From: a virus | IMG/VR virus record: IMGVR_UViG_3300042526_000097 | Span: 25,419-89,418 of that record | DNA length: 64,000 nt | Strand: one strand, 5' to 3' | Part shown: positions 8,970-20,000 of the stretch, piece after piece | How positions within the stretch are numbered: the stretch's first letter is position 1 | How the letters are laid out: each line of letters starts with the position of its first letter | The notes under the pieces: generated by a model | What the model saw: the letters and a program-made list of their open reading frames with translations, nothing else | Database searches by the model: none | Told to the model about the DNA's origin: nothing | Position numbers and translations under genes: made by a program

Positions 8970-11126
8970 ATGGGACTGTACGACAACTATAAAGTAAACC
9001 TATCTAATACTGTTAGACCTTTTGCAGGGTCTGTAGTCCCTGAGCTAAGAGAGATGAAGAAAGACATGGACACTGCTTCCTATAAAACTCTTGACCTCAA
9101 CATGTCCACTCAAGATTTATTAGCTACTACTCCAACATTAGATATAGATAAGGATGCTTACAATCAAGTAAGTTCAGAAGCTTTAGGAAAGATTGATGCA
9201 ATATCTCAAAGTGGGGAACTAGCTAGATCTTTACCTGATGCTCTTGCTGTAGCACATCAAACTGCAAGAAAATTAAACTCACTTGCAAAACGTCAAAAGG
9301 AGATGGAAGATTATGAATCAAAGTTAACTACTATGACTCCAGATGTACGAGAGTATCTAGTAGCTGAAACTAAAAGACAAAATGGACCTGCTCAGTTTGA
9401 TAGTAGAACACAAAGAGCTAACCCGATAGTTCCTGTTATGCCGGCCAAACAGATTAAAGATGATGAGATGGTTCGTCAAGCTGTAATTTCAATAGTAAGA
9501 TCTAAAGCGTGGTCAGTAACTGATAGTGATATGAATAGTATAACTCAAGACAAAGCAACAGGCAAATATACTGTAAAGACTAGTAATGGAATACAAGAGA
9601 TATCTGCTAAGGACTTAATAGAAACAGTTGATAAGGCCTTAGTAAATAGTAAAGAGTGGCAAGCTTCTTTAGAGCAGGATGCCAAAGCAGAGTCTTATGG
9701 AGTTCATAAGAACCTATCAGAAGAACAAGCAAAGCAAGAGATTGACAACCCAACTTTAGGGTATGCCAAACGTGCTCAAGATATATTTTTAAAAGGCGGT
9801 GTTACAGCTAAGCAGGCTTTAGAAATAGCTGGTTCAGAAAAGATTAAGATGGACAAGATAACTAATCTTAAGACTTATGCATCTGGGGCAGCTTCAAGAG
9901 AAGTTAGTGAAAGTAAAATGACTGGTACTATAGAGAAAGATGGTACTAGTGCTGCAGCAGCAAAGAGTAAAGAAACTTCTTATCTTGTAGGACTTAATTT
10001 AGGTATAACAGCAGCTAGTACAACTGCCCAAAAAACTAGTGCGGAAATTAGTAAAACTGCAAATCAATATCAGGCAGATATAGATAATACAAATAATGAA
10101 CTTGCTGTAGCTATAAAGAATTCTAAGCTACCTGGAAATGTTGGTATAGATGCACAAGCTGAAGTTGAAACTTTAAATAGAAAATTAAACGACTTAGCAG
10201 CTAGCAAAGCAATAGCAGAATCTGCTAATGCTGTTATACTAGATCAAGAAGCTAGAAGACTTAAAGGTAAATCTTGGGATGAACTTAATACTGCTAATAT
10301 GAATACAGCTTTAAAGAACATAAGTAGAGTAATAGGAAACCCTGAAGAGGCTAAGAAATTGACAACTGCTTTAATGAATGGGCAAGCAATACGTAGTGAA
10401 CTAGATCCAAAGAGACCGTTTGCAGGAACTACCTTGACAGTAGGTAACAAAAAATACGATGTTGAAACTACAACAAAAATAGATAAGGCTTTTAGAGCTG
10501 TTAGTAGTGATATATCAGATGTTTTAGATGCAGCAAGTAATAAAAAAGCAGCTCCTGATAATTCTAATACTATGTCTGTTCCAATTATAGGTACTATTAA
10601 AACTGCAATAGAAACTCAACTTCCTAATCTAACTTTATATGATGCTAGTAATATTAACAATGTGACTAAAGACAACTTAAACATAGATTGGAGTACAGCT
10701 CGGGTTACAAATTACATACCTAAACTAAAAAGAATACAAATTGTAACAGATAAAAAAGTGTTTTTAGCTGATGTAAGTAATATGTCACAGCTTAGAGATC
10801 AAATAGCAGATGACATGCTTTCTACTTCAAGCCCTCAAGTAAGACAAGTTGGTTTAAACCTAAAACTTAATAATACTGAAGCTTATGAAAAGGCATTTAA
10901 AGTAGGTAGTACAGTTATATACAAACACCCTGCTACAGGAGATGACCTTCTAATTAGTGGCAATAATTATGGTATAAAAAGAACAGCTAATAATACCTAT
11001 GTATTTGTAAATCAAAAAACTGGTAAACCTGAAAAGATTATATATAGCAAGGCTAGTGAACCTAAGATGAACTTTCAATTTGCTGAGATTGAGAACATGC
11101 TCAATAACATGATACCAAAAAACTAA
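8970..11126 (+). CDS. virion cargo/ejection protein
   Basis: 718 aa, helical and Ala/Lys-rich, between cargo genes and the giant ejection genes. Confidence 0.5.
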   Translation: MGLYDNYKVNLSNTVRPFAGSVVPELREMKKDMDTASYKTLDLNMSTQDLLATTPTLDIDKDAYNQVSSEALGKIDAISQSGELARSLPDALAVAHQTARKLNSLAKRQKEMEDYESKLTTMTPDVREYLVAETKRQNGPAQFDSRTQRANPIVPVMPAKQIKDDEMVRQAVISIVRSKAWSVTDSDMNSITQDKATGKYTVKTSNGIQEISAKDLIETVDKALVNSKEWQASLEQDAKAESYGVHKNLSEEQAKQEIDNPTLGYAKRAQDIFLKGGVTAKQALEIAGSEKIKMDKITNLKTYASGAASREVSESKMTGTIEKDGTSAAAAKSKETSYLVGLNLGITAASTTAQKTSAEISKTANQYQADIDNTNNELAVAIKNSKLPGNVGIDAQAEVETLNRKLNDLAASKAIAESANAVILDQEARRLKGKSWDELNTANMNTALKNISRVIGNPEEAKKLTTALMNGQAIRSELDPKRPFAGTTLTVGNKKYDVETTTKIDKAFRAVSSDISDVLDAASNKKAAPDNSNTMSVPIIGTIKTAIETQLPNLTLYDASNINNVTKDNLNIDWSTARVTNYIPKLKRIQIVTDKKVFLADVSNMSQLRDQIADDMLSTSSPQVRQVGLNLKLNNTEAYEKAFKVGSTVIYKHPATGDDLLISGNNYGIKRTANNTYVFVNQKTGKPEKIIYSKASEPKMNFQFAEIENMLNNMIPKN

Positions 11127-11136
11127 CTTGTAACTA

Positions 11137-14100
11137 ATGGCACTAGACCCTACAGACTTATATGATGAAAACTTAGGAGCTGGAGATAATCCAGATCCTA
11201 ATACTGCACCCCCACCGCCTAGTAAAAAGGGGTCTATAGATTTTAGTGATATCTATGCTCCAGCAGCTCCTTATCAAGGGGGAGATATATCTCAAAGACA
11301 AGCTGTTGACTATACAGGTTATTTACCTTATGGTCTAATGGAAGCTGAAGGTAGAAACCCTGAGTTAGAAAGAGGTGAGGCTCAACCTATGTATGAGAAG
11401 TTTGGTAATGCGGCTATGCAGACTGCTGTTAAGTTTGGTACTCAGTTAGTTGATATGGCCGGTGGACTTACTTCTTTAGCTACTCAGTGGGGAGACAATA
11501 GGGACTATCAGAATGGTTTTACTAAAGCAGCTGATGAGACTAATGCTTGGTTAGAAAAGAACTTTCCATTATATAGAAGTACTGAAGGTACATTTGGTTT
11601 AACAGATGCTTCTTGGTGGTTATCCAATACTGCAGGACTAGCAGCTTCTGTAGGGGGTTTTGCAATAGGTGGTATGGGTATAACAAGTCTATTTGGAGCT
11701 ATAGGTAAGTCGGTAGGATTAAGTGCCAGATTAGCTAGTGGATTAGTACAAGCAGGTGCAGACTTAGGTACTGCCTCTAAGATAGTTGGTACCGGAGCAG
11801 AAGTCCTAACAGCTGGGACATTAGCCTATGCTGAAGGAGCTATGTCTGGTAGAGTAGTATACAATCAAGTCTACAATGCAAGGATAGCAGCAGGGGATAG
11901 TGAAGAAACTGCTAAGCACATGGCTGCACAATCAGCTGCTACTACAGTTCAATTAAATACTATAGTCAATACAGGTATGAACATGATTGGTGGTATGGGT
12001 ATGTTCTTTAACCATGAGAAGGATGCTGTTTATAGAGTAGGTAGAAATGTACTTAAAGCAACTGAAGGTCAAACAGAGAAAGAGGCTGTTGAGGCTATAG
12101 GTAAGATGAAAGCAAGTGACTTTGCTACAGAACTAGGAACTAACATGACTCCTACAGGAAGAGTTGAGCACATACTCAAACATACCCGTGAAGCAGTTGC
12201 AGAAGGTGTAGAAGAGATGACCAATCAATTCGCTGAACAAGTAGGTACTGAAGAGGGTAAGAAAGGAAAGACTCATGGATTCCTAGAACAACTTAGCCAA
12301 CTAGACAACTACTTTAAGTATACAATGAATGAAGAAGGGGCACTTAACTTTGTAATGGGAGCTCTAGCCGGTCCTATACAGAATGCAGTTGCTTCTCACA
12401 TACCAATGCACAGAGTAGAGACTGGTAGTTATAGAACTGATCCAGTTACAAAAGAGTTAGTTGACAAAGATGGTAAGCCTGTACAGAATGCAAAAGATGC
12501 AGCTAAGGAATACTATGAGAATGGTAAAAGACTAACCTCTGCTAAGAGGAATAGAATAATAACTGAACAAGACTTTGAAGGTGTTAAGAATAGAATAGTA
12601 GAAGATCTTAAATACATTGGAGATCAGAAGGAACAACTGGCAGAAGCTACCAAGAATGGAGACATTAAAAAAGCAGATGAGATACGTGGTAACATCTTCA
12701 GTCTTATGAATCGTAATGCTGTACAGAATGGTATGTCTGCAAACTTAAAAGAATCCTATAGGTCCATAGCTGCCTTAGACAATACCAAGACTGATACACA
12801 AGAACTAACTGAAAAGTTAGAAGATGCTGCTAAGTCTAGAGAAGAAGTAAAAGCTCAAGGGGGTGATACTACTGAGTTAGATGCTGAGATAACTCAACTA
12901 CAAGATGCTGTAAATAAATCCAAGAATCAAACATCGGCAATGATGTTAGGGTTTGCAGGTAAAGTTGGTGATATGTCTTATAAAGATAAGGCTGAAAAAG
13001 CAATGAAAGACCTGGACAACCTACAGTCTCTTTATGATAAGACTTTTGCCAAGTTTGGTATGGACAAGGACCATGGTAACTCTGAAGAGAAACATGTGGC
13101 AGACTTTATCTATCAGCTAGCTGCTGACAAGTATTTAACTCAATCAGCATTAGAAGATGCTAGAGCAGAACTAGGTAAAGAAGACAAAGACTCTGAACCT
13201 AGTATAGATATAAATCTAATGCTAGACTCTTATGCTGCGGCACATAAAGCATTAAGAGACAGAGCTCGTATACTTAGAAATGCACCACAAAGAGTTATTA
13301 ATTATAATAAAATAATTGAGGAGTTAAACAGATTGTCTAATGAACCTCCTAGCTTAGCTAGAGATATGAGGTATGAAGAAATCCTAAATCAGTTTGGGGT
13401 CACTATGACTATGGAAGGTGAGTCAGGAGAAACTGCAGGAGAAAGACTCAAAAGTTCATTAGAAAAAATGGGGAATAAGTTAGAAACTACTATTCAGTCC
13501 GCCTTACAACAAAACCTAGATGACCCTGAATTCCAAGAGTGGAAAAAGTCTCATCCTAATGACACATTAGAAGACTATATTAAGCATGTGAATAAAAACA
13601 TGACTGACTCTATTTATCAACAACAATTAACTGATACCGTTGGAGAGTTAGAAGATAAGATAGGGGCCCTAGACGAAGTCTATACTAATACTACTTCTCC
13701 TAAAGGTCTAGAGAAGTTAATGAGAAACTCTGCTAACTTCTATAAAGAACTGAGTAAGAAGTATGAGACTTTACAAAAAGCTTCTCAAACTAAAAGAAGA
13801 GAAGCATTAGTCAATGAGTCTGAGAAACAAGCCTACAATAGAAAGGTACGTAAAAGACTTAGAGACATGTACATGAAGAAGATAGATGCATTAAAAGTAA
13901 GTGTAACTAGTCTTAATGCTGAACTGCAAAGATTGGCCCAAGAATTAATAGACAATCCTGAGAAAGCAATCTACATTGTAGACAATATTCAAATCTTAAG
14001 GGACAAGATAAACTTAATGACTCAGGACATTACTAACTATACTGAGTATATTAATAGTCTACAAGATTCACTAGTTGCACCTGCCCCTCCTTCACAGGCT

Positions 14101-17046
14101 ACATCAACAAATCAAGCTCCAGGACCTGGGGCACCCCCACCACCTAACACAACTCCACCACCACCAGGTCAAGCACCTCCCCCTCCTGCTGATGGATCTA
14201 CCACACCGCCTCCTTCTAATCCACCTCCTCCATCTAATCCTGTAGCTGATGCTGCTACTGCATGGCAAGAGACTTATGCTAGGATTGTAACCCCTGATAT
14301 AGAAGCTGAAGTAAGTAGAATTCTAGGAGATGCAAAGGCTAACGGCTCTTATAGCTTAGGGGCTTTTATACCTACTGGACTATCACAAGAAGAGAGCTCT
14401 CAGTTAATGCTTGCTTTTAAGAACTTTCAAGAAGCTATGGGTGTAGTTATGCAAGAGGTAGCTAGTACAGTAGGACAGGCTCAAGCTGCAATGGCAGTTA
14501 CACCTGACCAAGATACTACTATAGACCCACTCTTTGCAAACTTACAAGAGAACTACTTAGAGCCTAACATGGAGAAAACTGTCTTACCTGATCCACAGAA
14601 TAAACAAGGTGGAGTAAGAGGTAAGAAGCAAACATCTCCTCATGACTCAGGGGCTAGTAAGAGTACATTATACTTTAGACAAACAGATGCTAGTGGAAAG
14701 ATAACAGCTGTAAGCACAGACCAATGGTCCAATGGAGATAGTAGAGTAGTAAGACATGATCAGCTAACTCCAGGAACTGAAGTCACAGTAGCTATTGATA
14801 CTGCATACAATGGTACTAGAAAGAACTACAATCAAACAGCTACAGCTAATCCTAAGGCCCCTGGAGAAATACCATTAAGGTTTGAAGATTTCCTAGATGA
14901 TGCTACTGGTAAGTTAAAAACTGATAGAGAGAGTATAGAGAATGTCCCTATAAGCCTTACTCCTAAAGGCAGTACTACTCCTGCTCAATGGCTTCATGCA
15001 GTTCCTTGGGTAGAAGAGAAAGACCCTAAAGGTACAGGGGAAGATAGGTTCTTTAATGTGGCATCACCTGATCCAAGCATTCCAGTACAGTCTATAGTTG
15101 ATGAAGAATCAAGAGCTTTATTCGAACTAAGAAGAGCTATAGTTGAGGCATACAATAGAGGAGTAACTGAATTGACTACTACAGTATCTGATAAAGGTCC
15201 TGGCAGTTTTGTACTTACAAAGAATGATATACTAGCCTCTAACCTTAAAGAGACTAACATGCAAGGGGGAAAGACTAAAACTACAGTAGTCCCACTATCT
15301 CTTGTAAAAGAAGGTAACTTAACAGGTATAGATGGTAGACCTGAGATAACTAGTAAGGTAACAGGACTAGAATCTTTTATGGATAACAGGCTAGTAGCCT
15401 TAGTACGTATGGCTAATGGTTCAAGGGTCCCAGTACCTTTGGCCGGTAAGAAGTTAGCAGATACAGACAGAGTAGCTTGGCAGACCTTTAATAGAGTTAC
15501 TCAACTGTTTCTAAACTCTTCTAAACCTACAGAACAGAATACAGAAGAGATCCAAGAACTTAAAGCTCGTACAGGCTTTGATGTATCTACAAGAGATGGA
15601 TATAGAAACTTCATACTACAATACTTTACTTACTTCAATAACCCGGGGTCTACTGCAACAGGAGCTAGATTCATATTTGAAAATGATGTCCTCAAGGTAT
15701 CATTAAGAACTACTGAGGGTAGTGTGGAAGAGTATCTAATCAATACAGATGAAGATGGAGAGTTGACTACAGATGCTACTAAAGGGTTGACAAGATTGTT
15801 TGCCAACCGTTATAGGAATGTACAGTACACTAATTCCAAGACAGGAATGAAAGGACTTAATAGTGAAGAGAAGTTTGTAGAACCTATCTACTACCCTGGT
15901 CCAGATGGAGAGATGAGTTGGAGCTACAGAACCTATGACTTAGGATACAATGAGTTCATATCTACTTATGCCACTACCAATATACAACCTATAAACATGT
16001 CTGATGGAGGAGTAACCTATACAGATGAGAACGGTGTAGAGCAGCAAGGATTATTCTATGGGTCTAACCCAGTAATCAAGTATGACTTCAAAAAGATACT
16101 AGAGTCTACTAAGATACCTAACCCGGATACAACCCTAGCAGTTGATGTGGTTGCCTCAGATGCTACAATCACTACTGCACAACAAGCAGCTATGAATTCC
16201 TTGTCTAGTATCCTTGAAGAGAATCTACCTGAAGAAATAAGACCAGGTGTAACAGAGGTGTTTGAGTCTAATCCTGAACTAGCTTCTATTGGTACACAAG
16301 AAGAGTATTCTCAGTATCTTAATACTATATTTCCTGATAGTAAAGTAAAGGATATTGTTTACAGAGGTGAAAACGAGAAACAATATAAAGGAGAAAAAGA
16401 GTACCATTATTCTCCAATAAAAGATGCAACTATTGGATATGGGAATAGTCATGCTGCATTGCTCAATACTATTAACCCTTTTGAAGCAAAAATTCAAAGA
16501 GATACTCAAAATAAAATACCTAATGAATTTGATTCAGTATTAAATTATAATCCTAAAACTATTGATTTATCAATGGTTAAAATGTCAGATAGATTTGATT
16601 TCTTTGAAAAAAAGTACCCTAGAAAAGAAGAAGAAACTGATAGAGAGTATAATAATAGAAGAAGAGCATTTGCTGTAAATGGGGTATTTAATGAAGAATA
16701 CCTTAAAGGAAATGAACATGGTATAGTTCATTCAACTATAGGGAATGTTTTACCAGAAATTAAAGTATCTAAACCAGAACAAATACACATATTAGGAAGT
16801 AAACAAGATATAGAAGGATTTAAAGAGTTTGTGAGTAAAGGACAACCTGTGGCAAAAACAGTCAGCAATTCTGTAGGTACTCAGTCCAAAGCAGCTGAAA
16901 GTTTGGACAGTCTGCAGAACTTACTTAACTTTACACCACAATCCGAAAGGAATGGGAAGACTGCTCAGGAGGTTCTGGACTACCTTAAGGTTGCTCAGAT
17001 ATCACATTTACCTGAAGGGTACAACCCATTCAAGCGGTGTAGCTAA
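11137..17046 (+). CDS. giant ejection protein with C-terminal ART-like cassette
   Basis: 1969 aa; Gly/Ala-rich membrane-like N-terminal region, EGVEE motif, coiled coils, Pro-rich linker, IFPDSKVKDIVYRG...EQIHILGSKQDIEGFKEFV module. Confidence 0.65.
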   Translation: MALDPTDLYDENLGAGDNPDPNTAPPPPSKKGSIDFSDIYAPAAPYQGGDISQRQAVDYTGYLPYGLMEAEGRNPELERGEAQPMYEKFGNAAMQTAVKFGTQLVDMAGGLTSLATQWGDNRDYQNGFTKAADETNAWLEKNFPLYRSTEGTFGLTDASWWLSNTAGLAASVGGFAIGGMGITSLFGAIGKSVGLSARLASGLVQAGADLGTASKIVGTGAEVLTAGTLAYAEGAMSGRVVYNQVYNARIAAGDSEETAKHMAAQSAATTVQLNTIVNTGMNMIGGMGMFFNHEKDAVYRVGRNVLKATEGQTEKEAVEAIGKMKASDFATELGTNMTPTGRVEHILKHTREAVAEGVEEMTNQFAEQVGTEEGKKGKTHGFLEQLSQLDNYFKYTMNEEGALNFVMGALAGPIQNAVASHIPMHRVETGSYRTDPVTKELVDKDGKPVQNAKDAAKEYYENGKRLTSAKRNRIITEQDFEGVKNRIVEDLKYIGDQKEQLAEATKNGDIKKADEIRGNIFSLMNRNAVQNGMSANLKESYRSIAALDNTKTDTQELTEKLEDAAKSREEVKAQGGDTTELDAEITQLQDAVNKSKNQTSAMMLGFAGKVGDMSYKDKAEKAMKDLDNLQSLYDKTFAKFGMDKDHGNSEEKHVADFIYQLAADKYLTQSALEDARAELGKEDKDSEPSIDINLMLDSYAAAHKALRDRARILRNAPQRVINYNKIIEELNRLSNEPPSLARDMRYEEILNQFGVTMTMEGESGETAGERLKSSLEKMGNKLETTIQSALQQNLDDPEFQEWKKSHPNDTLEDYIKHVNKNMTDSIYQQQLTDTVGELEDKIGALDEVYTNTTSPKGLEKLMRNSANFYKELSKKYETLQKASQTKRREALVNESEKQAYNRKVRKRLRDMYMKKIDALKVSVTSLNAELQRLAQELIDNPEKAIYIVDNIQILRDKINLMTQDITNYTEYINSLQDSLVAPAPPSQATSTNQAPGPGAPPPPNTTPPPPGQAPPPPADGSTTPPPSNPPPPSNPVADAATAWQETYARIVTPDIEAEVSRILGDAKANGSYSLGAFIPTGLSQEESSQLMLAFKNFQEAMGVVMQEVASTVGQAQAAMAVTPDQDTTIDPLFANLQENYLEPNMEKTVLPDPQNKQGGVRGKKQTSPHDSGASKSTLYFRQTDASGKITAVSTDQWSNGDSRVVRHDQLTPGTEVTVAIDTAYNGTRKNYNQTATANPKAPGEIPLRFEDFLDDATGKLKTDRESIENVPISLTPKGSTTPAQWLHAVPWVEEKDPKGTGEDRFFNVASPDPSIPVQSIVDEESRALFELRRAIVEAYNRGVTELTTTVSDKGPGSFVLTKNDILASNLKETNMQGGKTKTTVVPLSLVKEGNLTGIDGRPEITSKVTGLESFMDNRLVALVRMANGSRVPVPLAGKKLADTDRVAWQTFNRVTQLFLNSSKPTEQNTEEIQELKARTGFDVSTRDGYRNFILQYFTYFNNPGSTATGARFIFENDVLKVSLRTTEGSVEEYLINTDEDGELTTDATKGLTRLFANRYRNVQYTNSKTGMKGLNSEEKFVEPIYYPGPDGEMSWSYRTYDLGYNEFISTYATTNIQPINMSDGGVTYTDENGVEQQGLFYGSNPVIKYDFKKILESTKIPNPDTTLAVDVVASDATITTAQQAAMNSLSSILEENLPEEIRPGVTEVFESNPELASIGTQEEYSQYLNTIFPDSKVKDIVYRGENEKQYKGEKEYHYSPIKDATIGYGNSHAALLNTINPFEAKIQRDTQNKIPNEFDSVLNYNPKTIDLSMVKMSDRFDFFEKKYPRKEEETDREYNNRRRAFAVNGVFNEEYLKGNEHGIVHSTIGNVLPEIKVSKPEQIHILGSKQDIEGFKEFVSKGQPVAKTVSNSVGTQSKAAESLDSLQNLLNFTPQSERNGKTAQEVLDYLKVAQISHLPEGYNPFKRCS

Positions 17047-17048
17047 CT

Positions 17049-20000
17049 ATGAGTTGTTATACTTCCCCTATTACTGGCCAACCTTCTGTGTTGGCTCAGT
17101 TGCTTGACACTAACTACGGTCCAATGAAAAGAGACCGTATTATGTCTTACATATACTCTGACCAGTTCCTTAAAGAACATGGAGACTTCAGAAGTCCTAT
17201 TACCAAGATACCATTAGACAGTATAGGGAAAGAGCCTAGCTTTGAGTGGGTACAGTCTTTGATAATAAACAAGCAAGACAGAACTACAGGTCTAAATGAA
17301 TTAAGTCAAAACCTTTTGGGCTTTCTAGATAAGTTAAATGTATCTACAGAGTTTAGAAGTGAATTACAAAGTGTCTCTGGATATAATGCTGCTTCATTAA
17401 CAGACTTACTGTACAAAACTGTACTAGTAAGAAATGATTATAAGAACCCAGGTTTAGTTAAAGAAACAGCTTATGTAGCCTATTCTTTTTTAGGTAAGAA
17501 GAACAAGATTAGAACTGATCTTATTAACAGTATTGAAAACTTTAAAAACTATCCAGAGCTATACCAAAAATATAAAGCAGCTAATGGCAGGTTATCAGAC
17601 TATAAAATAAAAGAACTTATTGTAATTGACTACTTAGCTGATGCAATACAAAATGATTTTAAACATCCTAAGGACAGTTACATAAATAGAGAAGCTGAGT
17701 ACTGGCAGTTAAAGTCTGATTCTAAAATAGGTAGAGCTTTAGAGATATTACTTATAAAGTTTAAAAACTTCATTACAAACTTATTCAATGTAAAGTTATC
17801 TGAACAAGAGTTAGATGCCCTAGTATCAGACTTAGCCCATGACATACTTACTAAAAACTTTCGAAAGTTTGGTAGTGAGTTATCAGCAAAAGACCAGTTA
17901 ACTAACTATGAAGACACAGTAGCAAAAGACCCAGTTGCAGGTAATATTATAGATAAGTTTACTGATAAATTAAAACTAGTACTTACTGGGAGTTTATCGG
18001 CCAGATCACAAGGAACTTTCTACAGAAGCACAGAAGAAAACTTACATGACCTAGATTTTACGTACCAAGGAGGTAATGACCCTCAAGTATCTAAGTTCAT
18101 ACTAGATGTATACAGGAAATCTTCCTTAATGCCTTATGCAGATCGGCCTGCTTTCTTAAAGAAAAAGAGTACAGAACTTTTAAAAAGATTTCAAAACCAC
18201 CCAGTTCTTTTAGGCATTAAACAAGAATTCCCAGATTTTAAGATAGAGAATGCCTTTATGAATAAGTCTGATAGGTTTACTATTTCAGGTAGCATTGGAG
18301 AGCATGTTATAGATTTATTCTTTACACTTGATACTGATGTAGATTCTCATACACCTATGTTTCAAGACTGGGAAGCTACCTTTATTCAAAAGATAATAAT
18401 GGGTAGACGTAAAGACATTAAAGACTTTGCCAACTTTATACCTTTCTTTACAACTCAAGGAAAAATAGCTCAAACAAAAGGATTTAGACACTTTACATTT
18501 AAACCTATACTTAATAACCTAGAAGAATTAAGTCCTGAGATAGAAGAACAACTGCCTAGTGCAGAAGTTACCTTTGAGATGTTGAACCCTCAACAAAAAC
18601 AGGCTTATAACAACACTATTAACTTCTTAAGCTCTCCTGAACAGTTACGTACTTTGTCAGGGTATGCAGGTACTGGTAAAACAACTCTTACTAAATTCAT
18701 TGTAGCAGATTTAAAAAGAAAAGGCATAAACTTTAAACTAGCTTCACCTACTCATAGGGCTAAAGAAGTATTACAGTCAAGTACAAATGAACCTGCTATG
18801 ACTGTAGCAAAGTTACTAGGATTAGGACCTGCTACAGAATTAGAAGACTTTAACTTGGTAGATAAGATATTTCAACCTGCTAGACCTGATGCAATGCCTT
18901 CAGGTGGTATAGTTATTATTGATGAAGCAAGTATGATCAATGATGACCTATTTGACTATCTTACTTCTTTAGCTGCTAGAAAGGGTTCTAAGATATTATT
19001 CATAGGAGATGATGCCCAGTTAAAGCCGGTTAAACAGAGAACTATATCTAAAGTATTTTCAGTTGAAGGCCAAGATAAGTTAACTGAAGTGATGAGAACA
19101 TCTAATGGTAATCCCATGCCTTCTGTAGTTCTTCAACCTATTAGAGATAATCAGAATTCTACTAGGGATATGTTTCCTCACACTACAATGTTAAGTCCTT
19201 TTGGTGAGGGTATTGAATTTACAAAAGATGTTGATAGCTTTTTAGAAAAGTTAAGTGTTAGTGTAAAGGAAATGGTAAATTCGGGTAACCTTATGGCAGT
19301 TAGAGCTGCAGCCTATACCAATAAAGAAGTGGCTAACCTTAATAGCTACATCAGAGCAAAGATGTTTGGATTTGGTGCACCCAAGTTTGTAGAAGGTGAA
19401 CTGATGATGATGTATGAGAATAGATTTTTTAGTGGGGGAGATTGGGTATTACCTAATGGGATGGACTTACTAGTTAGTAAAGTTAGCAGAATAGAAAATA
19501 AAAAGATTAAAAACCCTATTACTAATGAGTATATTATTCTATCTGGTTTTGAGTTAGATCTTCAAGGTGCTAAAGAAAAAGAGTTTAGAGAAACTGTATT
19601 TGTACCAGACACTGTACCAAAAGAGTATTTAATTGCTTTAAATGAACTTAAAGATAGAGCTATAAAAGCTTACAGTGCTGCAGATCGAGCAGCAGCTTGG
19701 AAGGATTTCTTTTCATTTGATGAGAAAGTATTTAGTATAAACCCATACTACTTGTATAATGATAACGTACTAGCCTCTCCTGATGATTTTATTAATTTAC
19801 TTAGACAAAACAACCCATCTCTAAGTTCTAAAGAAATTGAAAAGATATTAAATCAACATAAGTTCAAAGACAGAACTTTTAACTATGGCTATGCTTTTAC
19901 TATCCATAAAAGTCAGGGAGGTACTTATGATGAAGTGTTTGTAAATGAAGATGACGTAGATATTGCTAGTTCTTTTACTAACCCTGACTGGCAGATGATT

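Noticed and set aside
14070-14240. C-rich repeats, also near 20120 and 20780
   Set aside because: They encode poly-Pro linkers; not CRISPR or DNA-level repeats
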